Shown here piece after piece: positions 9,444 through 18,493 of a stretch of 64,000 nucleotides of DNA. The notes below the pieces were generated by a model. That model did not search any database and was not told the origin of the DNA. It saw nothing but the letters and a program-made list of their open reading frames with translations. The position numbers and the translations under genes were made by a program. The stretch's first letter is position 1, and each line of letters starts with the position of its first letter. The stretch is from IMG/VR virus record IMGVR_UViG_3300042387_002331. The stretch is one strand, 5' to 3'. Source of the DNA: a virus.

Positions 9444-9650
9444 ATGGGAAGAAAACCAAAGAAATCAAGAGAAATAAAGTTACCTGAGTTCATCATATTG
9501 AACGAAAACTGTCAAGTATTTTGTGGTTTGCGAAGCGGTTATCCTGCTTTCAGTGATAACATAGAAGATGCAAAACCCCTTACAAACGATGGTCAATTAA
9601 GAATGATTCAACATGGGACATCATTTAAGTTAGAAAAAGAGTACATATGA
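9444..9650 (+). CDS. hypothetical protein
   Basis: Follows the promoter at 9406-9435. Confidence 0.6.
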   Translation: MGRKPKKSREIKLPEFIILNENCQVFCGLRSGYPAFSDNIEDAKPLTNDGQLRMIQHGTSFKLEKEYI

Positions 9651-9838
9651 ATATAGAAGAAGAATCACAAGAGTTATACATCCAATTAAAAACAGCCCAG
9701 CAAGCGTTAGATGATGTTAAAAAAGAAGATATAGAAGCTAAACTATTGTTAGTTACTGCTTTAGAAGTGATGAAAGAAAATCCTGCTTTAAGCATTCAAA
9801 AAGCTATTATAAGTGGTTACGCCAAATGCCTTCAATAA
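9647..9838 (+). CDS. hypothetical protein
   Basis: Overlaps the upstream stop. Confidence 0.55.
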   Translation: MNIEEESQELYIQLKTAQQALDDVKKEDIEAKLLLVTALEVMKENPALSIQKAIISGYAKCLQ

Positions 9839-9892
9839 AGGAATAGTTTTTATAAAAGAACTTTCGTATATTCCAAGTAAATAAAAAAGAAA

Positions 9893-10210
9893 ATGTTTGA
9901 AAAAGGTTTTGATTTATTGAGAAAAGGATTATGGATATGGAGTGGTGTTATTGTAACCAAAGCAATAATTGAAGAAATTGCTATTCATAAACAAAGAAAA
10001 GAAATAGCTAAACTACCAAAATATTTCCAATATGTAGGCAAATACACAGATGGTGGTTTTACCCCAGGTAGAATTTATGAATGTATTAACCCAGCTAATG
10101 TGAATGCTGAAGCAAATTTTATCGATGATGATGGTGAAATTAATGGGTACTGTGGGTTCAATGATGAAATGTTTGTTCCATCTACTAAAGAAAATTTTTT
10201 AGCTCAATAA
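9893..10210 (+). CDS. hypothetical protein
   Basis: Single-gene cassette between two promoter copies. Confidence 0.65.
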   Translation: MFEKGFDLLRKGLWIWSGVIVTKAIIEEIAIHKQRKEIAKLPKYFQYVGKYTDGGFTPGRIYECINPANVNAEANFIDDDGEINGYCGFNDEMFVPSTKENFLAQ

Positions 10211-10267
10211 ACGAGGGAATAAGAGATTTAAAGGAGAATTCGTATATTCCAAGTAAATAAAAAGGTT

Positions 10268-10495
10268 ATGAAAGATAAAAAAGATAAAGGTAATAGTTTT
10301 TTAGATACGCTTGCAAGTATATTAATTGTATTTGTGTTTTTAGCAGTATTTTGGTATTTAATATCTGAGTTCATTAATGCTGTTAAAAATCCCCAAACAA
10401 GAACAATAACACTAATTGTAACAGTAATTACAATCATTTTGATGGTGTTGATTTACAACAACCCAGAGTTTGTAAAATCTTTAATGAAGGAATAA
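10268..10495 (+). CDS. two-TM membrane protein
   Basis: Two hydrophobic helices. Confidence 0.65.
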   Translation: MKDKKDKGNSFLDTLASILIVFVFLAVFWYLISEFINAVKNPQTRTITLIVTVITIILMVLIYNNPEFVKSLMKE

Positions 10496-10554
10496 GAGAT
10501 TAAAAAGAGAATTCGTATATTTCAAGTAATAAAAAAAGAAAAAAAGGAAAAGTT

Positions 10555-11364
10555 ATGAAAATTGAAAAAAGACCTATGAACACAGCAAAACGCGGCCGCC
10601 CCGCAAAACAACAAATCCAAGTTACATTTAACCCTAACTCAGTAAAACTGATGAGAGGTAGTGATTTGCAATTCAGTGAAGCGTTATTCAAACCAATGAA
10701 AACTAATACTGAATTAGATGTTATATTTTCAACTGAAGGAGGAATAATGCCAGGTACTAACATGATGTTAGCAGGTGGACCGGGTTCAGGTAAATCCACA
10801 ATTGTACTTGATGTATTATCTAAACTAACTAAACAAGGATTAAAAGTATTGTTTGTTAGCGGTGAAATGGATGAAATTGCACATTACAAATATTGCAAAC
10901 GTATGCCCGAATTCAGTTGTGTACAAACATTGTTTTTGAAAAACTATTCAGAAACAGTAAAAGAAACACTTGAACATGTATTTAATCAAGGATATGATGT
11001 AGTAGCAATCGATTCAATTGCTGAAGTATTAGAGATGTATAAAGATGCGTATCGTACAACTGAAAGCGCTGCGGAGTTTTGGTTTTTGAATTTGCAAGAT
11101 CAACATAAAAAAGGTGGAAACAAAAACAAATACTATACTACGTTTGTAAATATTCAACAAATGACCAAAGCGGGTGATTTCGCAGGTAGTAATAGATTAA
11201 AGCACATGGTTGATGCGTTTTGCCACGTTGAGCGTTCAAGAGATGGTTTAGAGCGATCATTGCACTTCACAAAGAACCGTGATTGCGATAAAGATTTCAA
11301 AGTATACTTTTCTATATACAACGGAGGCGTACATTATGCTTACGAAATGGAAAAAGCTGATTAA
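10555..11364 (+). CDS. RecA-superfamily (RadA/Sms-like) ATPase
   Basis: Walker A GGPGSGKST, FVSGE, Walker B VVAIDS, AGSNRLKHMVD, KNR; N-terminal KRGRP; no Lon-like domain. Confidence 0.8.
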   Translation: MKIEKRPMNTAKRGRPAKQQIQVTFNPNSVKLMRGSDLQFSEALFKPMKTNTELDVIFSTEGGIMPGTNMMLAGGPGSGKSTIVLDVLSKLTKQGLKVLFVSGEMDEIAHYKYCKRMPEFSCVQTLFLKNYSETVKETLEHVFNQGYDVVAIDSIAEVLEMYKDAYRTTESAAEFWFLNLQDQHKKGGNKNKYYTTFVNIQQMTKAGDFAGSNRLKHMVDAFCHVERSRDGLERSLHFTKNRDCDKDFKVYFSIYNGGVHYAYEMEKAD

Positions 11365-11543
11365 AAGGAATAGGAGGAGCAATCCTCCTTTTGTATATTT
11401 ATTTAATATTAAAAGATATGAGCTGTTCAGGAGGAAAATCAACTAAAAAAGGTCGCTACAATAAAGCGGATAACCTAAAAAAACCTACAGGATATACTGT
11501 AGATAAAAATGGAAATGTTAAACCAAAGTATAATTAAAAAACT

Positions 11544-12293
11544 ATGTTAAAAAGAAATTTTATTCAAGTCGGAAATGACTTAAACAAAGCAATTGCATTT
11601 GCTAACACGTTAGATAACAATAACATTCTAAACGTACAACGAATTAAACAAAAAGAGTTTTATATTCCTACACTAGATGTAGTTTCAAAACTACAAAATG
11701 AAGGATGGGAAATAAATAGTGTTGCTGAACAACGAGGTAAAGGTCGTAAAATTGCACACAATTTTGTTCGGTTACAGCATCCTGATTTTGCTATAAAAAA
11801 CGATAAAGGTAAAGATGAAGCATTGCTATCATTAACAGTTACAAACAGTTGTAACGGAAGCAAACCGATTAGTTTAGAAATGGGTATGTATCGTTTAGTA
11901 TGCTCTAACGGAGCAGTACGATTTGATGAAGCTGCAGAAACTCAAAAGATTAAACATACCGAAATTAACTATAGAAACTTAGATCAATATTTAAACACTG
12001 TTAATCGTAAATCATCTTTAGTACTAAATGAATTTGAAAAGCTAAAACATTCAAACCTATCAGTAAACGATATGCGAATATTAGCTTACGAAGCAGCTAA
12101 GTTAAGATACGATGATGTATCAAATATCAACATTGATGATCTACTTGCAGTTAATCGAATCGAAGATGAAGGAAGCGATTTATGGACAGTGTTCAATCGC
12201 ATCCAAGAAAACCTAACATCAACTGTTAGTAACGCTAGTGATGATATTTTGTTGAATAAACGATTGTTTGCTTTAGCTGAAACGTTTGCTTAA
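11544..12293 (+). CDS. DUF932/DUF945-family protein
   Basis: NSCNGS, GMYRLVCSNG, DLWTVFNRIQE motifs. Confidence 0.8.
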   Translation: MLKRNFIQVGNDLNKAIAFANTLDNNNILNVQRIKQKEFYIPTLDVVSKLQNEGWEINSVAEQRGKGRKIAHNFVRLQHPDFAIKNDKGKDEALLSLTVTNSCNGSKPISLEMGMYRLVCSNGAVRFDEAAETQKIKHTEINYRNLDQYLNTVNRKSSLVLNEFEKLKHSNLSVNDMRILAYEAAKLRYDDVSNINIDDLLAVNRIEDEGSDLWTVFNRIQENLTSTVSNASDDILLNKRLFALAETFA

Positions 12294-12526
12294 AAAAGGA
12301 ATAGCCCTCGTAAGAGGGCTTTCGTATATTTCAAGTAATAAAAAAAGAAGAATATGAAATTTTTAAGCAAATTGTTTTTTATTTGGTGGATAGTAATGAT
12401 TATAGTTTTCATGTATTCAATGTTCACCGATAAGCGTTACAGAGTGTGGATGTGGGTTTGGGTTGCACTTTGTATATTTTTTTGGTTTTATGGAAAAAGT
12501 ATTAGAGATTTATAAATTAAAAGGTT

Positions 12527-12769
12527 ATGAGTGAAAGAAAAATTATAAGTCAAATAGCAGCTAGCAATGCTGATTTTCATCCGATTATTCGAGAGAGTAA
12601 ATTGAGTATAGACGATAAATTATATTTACAAGATGCATTAGTAAACATATTCAACAATGATTTCAGAGCAATGATTAACGATATGTTAGAACATGCAATT
12701 GAAATGGAAGAATATGAAACAGCAATTGTAATTAGAGATGAACTTGATAAAATAGACAAAAATGGGTAA
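12527..12769 (+). CDS. UVR-motif protein
   Basis: AIEMEEYETAIVIRDEL matches the UvrB/C coiled-coil motif. Confidence 0.65.
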   Translation: MSERKIISQIAASNADFHPIIRESKLSIDDKLYLQDALVNIFNNDFRAMINDMLEHAIEMEEYETAIVIRDELDKIDKNG

Positions 12770-13007
12770 GATAATATTAGAATTTGATTCAATCGAAGAA
12801 CAAAACGATGCTAGAACTGCACTTGATGGTTGGAAATGGAAAATGTTAGTATGGGACATAGATCAGAAACTACGATCAATAGTCAAATATGGACAAAGCT
12901 TTGATAGCAATAAAGAAGCATCAAGTGAAGAAATGGATGTTTGTGACAGATTGAGACAACACATAAGAGAGTTAATGTATGAAAGTGGTTTAAATTTAGA
13001 TGATTAA
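12762..13007 (+). CDS. hypothetical protein
   Basis: Coupled ORF. Confidence 0.6.
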   Translation: MGKIILEFDSIEEQNDARTALDGWKWKMLVWDIDQKLRSIVKYGQSFDSNKEASSEEMDVCDRLRQHIRELMYESGLNLDD

Positions 13008-13010
13008 AAA

Positions 13011-13301
13011 ATGACAGAAAAAGAATTGCAGTTATTAGGTTTTGAAAAACAAGAAGATGGTGGAATTGAACTTTCAGATGATGAAAATGGTGTTTGGATA
13101 GAAGATGAATTTCATTACTACACATACACAGTTGCTCAAGGATTTCAATTCATATCAAATTCAAACGATGAGGTTGGTGAAGACGGACAATGGTATGTAG
13201 AATTTTTTGATTCATACCCTTCAATTCGATTTACCGAATTTGGTGAGGTACAAGCATTGATCAATTTGTTAGAAAGTAGAATAGTAAAAAAGGAAGATTG
13301 A
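13011..13301 (+). CDS. acidic hypothetical protein
   Basis: MTEKELQLLGFEK start. Confidence 0.6.
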   Translation: MTEKELQLLGFEKQEDGGIELSDDENGVWIEDEFHYYTYTVAQGFQFISNSNDEVGEDGQWYVEFFDSYPSIRFTEFGEVQALINLLESRIVKKED

Positions 13302-13349
13302 TTTTAAAATATCTTTCGTATATTAAATTAAATAAAAGAAATAAAAGTT

Positions 13350-13685
13350 ATGGCAAAAAAAGAAAAACACCCAATAGAAGTAAAGTACCTAGACCTTAAA
13401 AAGCGATTCAAAGCAAAAGAAATGTCAATTGAAGAAGTTGATTTGATCACCTGTGAATTGATTGCTGAACTAGCTATACTAACAGAAAAAAATGTAACAG
13501 AAATAAATGGCATCTCAATTGATCTATACAAAGATAGAGTATGGTGGATTGTTGAAAATGCAGGACTGTTACCTGAATATAGAGATGAAGATGAAGATAT
13601 AGTTGATGAACTTGAAGAAGACGACTACTACAAAGTAGAGGATGATTTCGACTATGAAATAGATGATAGTAAATTCTACAAGTAA
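13350..13685 (+). CDS. hypothetical protein with acidic tail
   Basis: Follows promoter 13292; AAAAGTTATG start. Confidence 0.65.
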   Translation: MAKKEKHPIEVKYLDLKKRFKAKEMSIEEVDLITCELIAELAILTEKNVTEINGISIDLYKDRVWWIVENAGLLPEYRDEDEDIVDELEEDDYYKVEDDFDYEIDDSKFYK

Positions 13686-14035
13686 TGGTAAATACAGGTA
13701 ATCTATTGATAGGGATATTTTTTGGTTTTTTAGCTCAAATAGCTACATTTTACCAATTGCAAGGCCCTATGAAATATGAATGGTTCAAAAACCATTACTG
13801 GTTAACAGTGCTAATGGGAATACCTATTTCAATGCTATTCATGTTTTCAGTAAAACATATGATTCTAGCATTTGGTGGTCAAATGTGGCCATCACGTTTA
13901 ATTGGATTCAGCATTGGTGCAATGGTGTTCACATACATGAGTTGGACATTATTTAACGAGCCATTAACATTAAAAACATTTGTTTGCTTAATGTTAGCAC
14001 TTGGAATATTGATGGTTCAACTTTTTTGGAAATAA
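13685..14035 (+). CDS. small 4-TM membrane protein (DMT/SMR-like)
   Basis: Four hydrophobic segments; FNEPLTLKTFVCLML resembles the DMT C-terminal motif. Confidence 0.55.
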   Translation: MVNTGNLLIGIFFGFLAQIATFYQLQGPMKYEWFKNHYWLTVLMGIPISMLFMFSVKHMILAFGGQMWPSRLIGFSIGAMVFTYMSWTLFNEPLTLKTFVCLMLALGILMVQLFWK

Positions 14036-14054
14036 AATAAATAAATAAAAAAAC

Positions 14055-14273
14055 ATGAATAGAGTAAAAAACATTTTAGTAGAATTTAGTGCTATTGTAA
14101 CAGTAGGAGTAGCAGCACTTTTAATTTCTTCATTTTTAAAGGAAGAAGTAACATTGTTTACAATGGGATTAGGTATGGTAGGATTTTTAATGCTACTGCC
14201 TGCTCAAGAACATTATGTTGAAGCATTTAAACAGATTTTTAAAAGAAAAGTTGATAAAAATTTGGAGAACTAA
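14055..14273 (+). CDS. small membrane protein
   Basis: Two hydrophobic helices. Confidence 0.55.
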   Translation: MNRVKNILVEFSAIVTVGVAALLISSFLKEEVTLFTMGLGMVGFLMLLPAQEHYVEAFKQIFKRKVDKNLEN

Positions 14274-14336
14274 AAAAGCTTTCGTATATTGAAAGTAAGA
14301 AAAAAGAAAAGAAAGTTAAATTAAAAAAAAGTAGTT

Positions 14337-15146
14337 ATGTTAGATTTAAGCCAAGACAGTTTTTTGACAATGAGTGAAGTTAGACAACGCGCTAAGTCAA
14401 TTTTTACAGAAACAGCCGCTCCAACGGTTTCAGACAAATTTACCCACATTCCAACCAATCGAGTGATTGAAGATATGGAACAATTAGGATGGGGTGTAGT
14501 TGATGCCAAAGAGGTAAAAGCTAGAAAAGAAGGAACAAAAGGATTCCAAAAACACTTAGTTGTATTCCGCAACCCAGATGTAGTAATTAATGGTTCTGAC
14601 GGTGATACAGTATTTCCACAAATCCTATTAACAAATTCAAACGATGGAAAAAATGCGTTTACGTTTACAGCGGGTTTATTCCGTATGGTATGTGAAAATG
14701 GTTTGGTTATTTCAACTGAGCAGTTCAATGATGTAAAAATGCGTCACATGGGTTACACATTTGAGGAATTGCAAGTGCAAATTCGTGAAATGGTTGAGCA
14801 GTTGCCTTTGACAGTTGAGTCAATGAACAAAATGAAAGAAATTAAGTTGGACGAGGAACAAGCAAAAGAGCTTGCTAAAAAAGCATTGACAACTCGTTTC
14901 ACAGAAGATCAAGTTGAAGCTATGAACATTAACCTAGATGAACTACTTGCACCAACACGTAAAGAAGATGAAGGTAGTGATTTATGGTCAGTATTTAACG
15001 TGATTCAAGAAAAGATATTAGATGGTAGTTTTTCATACATGACAGGTGCTAAAATTAGAAAAGCACGTAAAGTGAAGAATTTCAAACAAGACATGGAAAT
15101 CAACCAAAAATTATTTGCAATGGCAGCTGAATTTATAGCTGCCTAA
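14337..15146 (+). CDS. DUF932/DUF945-family protein (paralog 2)
   Basis: GFQKH, NSNDG, GLFRMVCENG, DLWSVFNVIQE; ends FIAA*. Confidence 0.85.
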   Translation: MLDLSQDSFLTMSEVRQRAKSIFTETAAPTVSDKFTHIPTNRVIEDMEQLGWGVVDAKEVKARKEGTKGFQKHLVVFRNPDVVINGSDGDTVFPQILLTNSNDGKNAFTFTAGLFRMVCENGLVISTEQFNDVKMRHMGYTFEELQVQIREMVEQLPLTVESMNKMKEIKLDEEQAKELAKKALTTRFTEDQVEAMNINLDELLAPTRKEDEGSDLWSVFNVIQEKILDGSFSYMTGAKIRKARKVKNFKQDMEINQKLFAMAAEFIAA

Positions 15147-15212
15147 GCAAAAAATCGTCGCAAGTAGAACCGACGGCCGCGTAAAGGTGCCGCTACTATA
15201 AAATTCGGGGTA

Positions 15213-15330
15213 AGTCAGGTGGCGGAATGGTAGACGCATTGGATGGTTATAGCACCAAGGGTAAAAAAGCACACTGCGTGTGGTCACTATAATGGCAGCC
15301 CAAATACAGGTTCAAATCCTGTCCTGACTT
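15213..15330 (+). ncRNA. tRNA-like RNA with the anticodon arm replaced by a long irregular hairpin
   Basis: Acceptor AGTCAGG/CCTGACT; Leu-type D arm gcggaatggtagacgc; T arm acagg-ttcaaat-cctgt; about 65-nt central hairpin (ttgg/ccaa, ttatag/ctataa, acca/tggt). Confidence 0.7.
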
Positions 15331-15334
15331 CAAA

Positions 15335-15420
15335 GTGTTGTTCCCTTGAGAAAGGAATATAAGTAAACAGCAACTAATAACTTAAAAGATAGTTGCCAAC
15401 ACAGAGGATTTCTCATCCTC
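15335..15420 (+). ncRNA. structured RNA: 3-way junction plus hairpin with a 7-bp kissing loop
   Basis: gtgttg/caacac, ttcc/ggaa, gcaacta/tagttgc, gagga/tcctc; loop tgagaaa is complementary to loop tttctca. Confidence 0.65.
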
Positions 15421-15424
15421 ATAT

Positions 15425-15507
15425 AGTCAGGTGGTGTAATGTAACACGGTCCTAATTTAATATGGTGAATACCAGGGCTAGTGCAGGTTCGAGTCCTGCC
15501 CTGACTA
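15425..15507 (+). ncRNA. tRNA-like RNA without a canonical anticodon loop
   Basis: Same acceptor AGTCAGG/CCTGACT; D arm gtgt/acac; T arm gcagg-ttcgagt-cctgc; ggtcct/agggct stem encloses 20 nt. Confidence 0.7.
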
Positions 15508-15540
15508 CGCTGCTCTTCATAACAGTAGTTTTCTTTTTAC

Positions 15541-15570
15541 CCTGCCTCACGAAAGTGGGGCAGGTTTTTC
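15541..15570 (+). terminator. intrinsic terminator
   Basis: cctgcctcac-gaaa-gtggggcagg followed by ttttt. Confidence 0.8.
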
Positions 15571-15631
15571 TAAAAAGGAATAGTTTGAGCAAAAGAAATT
15601 TCGTATATTGAAGTAAATTAAAGAGAGAACA

Positions 15632-15871
15632 ATGAAACAGACAGCAGTAGAGTGGTTGATTGACCAGTTAGTAACAGGAAACGAAGTTACTTTAAAAGGC
15701 GAGAATTATAAGCTATTTGACCAAGCCAAAGAAATGGAAATAAATCAACACAATGAAACTTGGGATGTAGCACATCAAGCAGGTAGATTTGAAGGTAAAG
15801 GCATTGCTGAAAAAGATTGGCAAACATTTGAAGGATATTGGGAAGAAAACTTTAAACAACAAGAACAATGA
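15632..15871 (+). CDS. hypothetical protein (MKQTAVEWL type)
   Basis: Follows promoter 15577; related to the next ORF (AKEME...FEGY vs LEMEKEQ...FEQY). Confidence 0.65.
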   Translation: MKQTAVEWLIDQLVTGNEVTLKGENYKLFDQAKEMEINQHNETWDVAHQAGRFEGKGIAEKDWQTFEGYWEENFKQQEQ

Positions 15872-16104
15872 AAACAGCAATGCAAGAACATATTGAGTGG
15901 CTCAAGGCAACGTTAGACATATGCAAAGAGCATGCACCAAGTTTAGTAAATTGTTTAGAATTGTGTATAAACGATGCTGAGTCTAAGTTAGAAATGGAGA
16001 AAGAGCAGATGATTGATTTTGCAGAAAATTATGAGATGTGGGAAAGTGAAAATTACCCGAGAAAAACATTTGAACAATACTACAACGAAACATATGGAAA
16101 ATAA
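15868..16104 (+). CDS. hypothetical protein (paralog-like of previous)
   Basis: MKTAMQE...EMEKEQMIDF...FEQYYNETY. Confidence 0.65.
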   Translation: MKTAMQEHIEWLKATLDICKEHAPSLVNCLELCINDAESKLEMEKEQMIDFAENYEMWESENYPRKTFEQYYNETYGK

Positions 16105-16267
16105 AAAATCATCAGGAGGAATAGGAATCGGAATGGTTCTGTTCATCATATTTACAGTATTGAAATTAACAGGAAACATTGATTGGAGTTGGTGGTGGGT
16201 TACATCCCCACTTTGGATACCAGCTGTAGTACTGTTGTTGATTGTAGGTTTTATTGCTATGCTTTAG
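16094..16267 (+). CDS. small membrane protein
   Basis: LKLTGNIDWSWWWVTSPLWIP; ATG at 16094. Confidence 0.65.
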   Translation: MENKKSSGGIGIGMVLFIIFTVLKLTGNIDWSWWWVTSPLWIPAVVLLLIVGFIAML

Positions 16268-16270
16268 AAT

Positions 16271-16519
16271 ATGAATTTAGGTAGAAATAAAATAACATCC
16301 CGCATTCATCAAGGACATAACTTGAAAAAAATGGTTGGACGTGTATTGTGTAGTAATGCATTTCCAACATTTTATGGAAAATTATTGTACACAGAAAATG
16401 AACGTTGCTATTTTGAAATGATAGAAAACCCTAAATTTACAAAATACAATGCGTGTGCAGGACAGATAGAGTATTTGTCTGAACAAGTCGTAATAACAGC
16501 AAAATTTGAAGACGAATGA
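16271..16519 (+). CDS. hypothetical protein
   Basis: ORF in operon. Confidence 0.55.
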   Translation: MNLGRNKITSRIHQGHNLKKMVGRVLCSNAFPTFYGKLLYTENERCYFEMIENPKFTKYNACAGQIEYLSEQVVITAKFEDE

Positions 16520-16794
16520 AAAAATTTGCAACAGTAGTAGATAAAGATATGTGGCATGATGGTTTCCAAATCACATTTGGAAATGGTTGTACCATTAGCG
16601 TTATATTTGGAAAATCATCATATTCAGATCAAGGTGAAACCACAGCTGAAGTAGCAGCATGGAACGGAGATAAAGACTGGATGCTATATTCAGATGGGAA
16701 ATGGGTTGTTTTAAAAGATGGTTATGTAGAAGTAATGCCACGTTGTACAGCAGATGAGGTAGCTGAAATGATGTTTACCTTAAGTAAGGAATAG
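16516..16794 (+). CDS. hypothetical protein
   Basis: GFQITFGNGCTISV...AEVAAW. Confidence 0.6.
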   Translation: MKKFATVVDKDMWHDGFQITFGNGCTISVIFGKSSYSDQGETTAEVAAWNGDKDWMLYSDGKWVVLKDGYVEVMPRCTADEVAEMMFTLSKE

Positions 16795-16837
16795 AGATTG
16801 TAAAATAGATTTCGTATATTCCAATAAAATTAAGAAA

Positions 16838-17350
16838 ATGGCAAGAGTTTTTTTCATAGCAGATTTACATTTAGGGCACATCAACATGGCATTGCACCGA
16901 GGTTTCTCTAGTGTAGAGGAACATGACGAATACGTAATTGCCAAATACAACAGTGTTGTTCATAAACGAGACGTTACATATATTTTAGGGGATGTGACTA
17001 TGGAGAAATCATCACCATATCCACTACTTGATCGTTTAAACGGTGTAAAACATGTTGTACTAGGAAACCATGATCGCCGTCAAGACGTTAAAAAACTACT
17101 TGAACACGTTGAAAGTGTAGCTGGGATGATACAGTACAAAGGAGTAATGTTGACACATTGCCCTATTCACCCAATGGAACTTGACTATCGCTTCAACAAA
17201 AATATACATGGACACATTCATGGAAAAGTAGTGATGATGGATGCACCAATGGCTCCATTTGAAATACCAGATGATCGCTACATTTGTGTTTCGTGTGAGC
17301 AAGTAGATTATACTCCAAAAACACTTAAGGAATTAGGTATTGAAAGATGA
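16838..17350 (+). CDS. calcineurin-like phosphoesterase
   Basis: ADLHLGH, LGD, GNHD, THCP and HGHIH motifs. Confidence 0.88.
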   Translation: MARVFFIADLHLGHINMALHRGFSSVEEHDEYVIAKYNSVVHKRDVTYILGDVTMEKSSPYPLLDRLNGVKHVVLGNHDRRQDVKKLLEHVESVAGMIQYKGVMLTHCPIHPMELDYRFNKNIHGHIHGKVVMMDAPMAPFEIPDDRYICVSCEQVDYTPKTLKELGIER

Positions 17351-17379
17351 TTTCGTATATTTAAACAAATAAAAAGGAT

Positions 17380-17985
17380 ATGATTGACAATTTAGAGCAT
17401 ATAAAACTATTACTTAACTTTGAAAATAAAGGTGATTTTTATATGCTTTATGTTTTCAAACGCAAGAAAGATCAACCTGAAGGTGAGCGGGATAACCATC
17501 AATCAGTTAGAACTATTAAAACTTATTGTATTGAATCCATTGAACATTTAGAAAACAGATACGATGAGATTAAGCAACTTTGTGAAATGTTTAAAGCAAG
17601 AGCTTACATCCATGTTCAGAAACAAAACCATAAAGATGTATCGTTGAATATGATGGTTGCTTTGGCTCAAAGAATACAAGACGGAAACCACAATCAAAAA
17701 CACCTATTTGATTCAGTTGTTGGGCAGATCAAAACTCATGAAAAACGATGGATTGTTGATATTGATAACTCTGACGAAAGTTTTGATAGAGAAATTCAAG
17801 AATATATCAATACCAAATGTAAACCATTTGGGATGAAGATTATAGCTAATATTCCAACTAAAAATGGACATCACTTGATTACTGAAAGATTTGATGTTAT
17901 GGAATTTAAAAAGCAATATCCTGAAATTGATATTCAAAAGAAAAACCCAACTCTACTTTATCTACCCTCTAGTTTAGAGGAATAG
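17380..17985 (+). CDS. hypothetical protein with AEP/PrimPol-like motifs
   Basis: RWIVDID and PTKNGHHLI resemble AEP motifs I (DxD) and II (T/SxxGxH). Confidence 0.45.
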   Translation: MIDNLEHIKLLLNFENKGDFYMLYVFKRKKDQPEGERDNHQSVRTIKTYCIESIEHLENRYDEIKQLCEMFKARAYIHVQKQNHKDVSLNMMVALAQRIQDGNHNQKHLFDSVVGQIKTHEKRWIVDIDNSDESFDREIQEYINTKCKPFGMKIIANIPTKNGHHLITERFDVMEFKKQYPEIDIQKKNPTLLYLPSSLEE

Positions 17986-18029
17986 AAATTGTAAAATAGT
18001 TTTCGTATATTTAAACAAATAAAAAGGAT

Positions 18030-18434
18030 ATGAATTTAGAAAATTTAGACAGAGACGAGTTACTAACACTACAACAGCTAATCAATAAAGCACTTGAACA
18101 GCCAGAACCCGTAGTAAAGGATCTTGAATATATGATCAAAGATATTATGGATGAATTTGATTTTGATCAAGTAGAACGTGCTATGGGTGCTTTAGATTGG
18201 AAATGGCGAGGTGAAATGCCTACCATCTATGATTTAAGAGAAACAGCAGAACGTTTATTGCGAGGTGCTGCTGCAAGTAGATTAGGTGATTATAAAGGTA
18301 CTCACCATGAAATACCAATTTTAAATGGTACAGGTGGTTTTGAAGCAAAAGCATGGTGTGATGAAAGTAAAACTAAAATTACAGGATTGCAATTAGACTT
18401 TATAGTAACAAGTTGGGATTCAAGTATAGGCTAA
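18030..18434 (+). CDS. hypothetical protein
   Basis: Single-gene cassette. Confidence 0.65.
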   Translation: MNLENLDRDELLTLQQLINKALEQPEPVVKDLEYMIKDIMDEFDFDQVERAMGALDWKWRGEMPTIYDLRETAERLLRGAAASRLGDYKGTHHEIPILNGTGGFEAKAWCDESKTKITGLQLDFIVTSWDSSIG

Positions 18435-18493
18435 GGAATAGAATACTCAAAAGAAATTTCGTATATTGATTGTATAAAAAAGAAATAAAAGTT

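Noticed and set aside
15335-15420. Theta/HDV-like, hammerhead or twister ribozyme next to a tRNA
   Set aside because: I could not fit the nested double pseudoknot or catalytic-core consensus by eye; left as an unknown structured RNA.
15425-15507. Suppressor tRNA / stop-codon reassignment
   Set aside because: No 7-nt anticodon loop can be drawn, and genes are intact in the standard code with TAA, TAG and TGA all used as stops.
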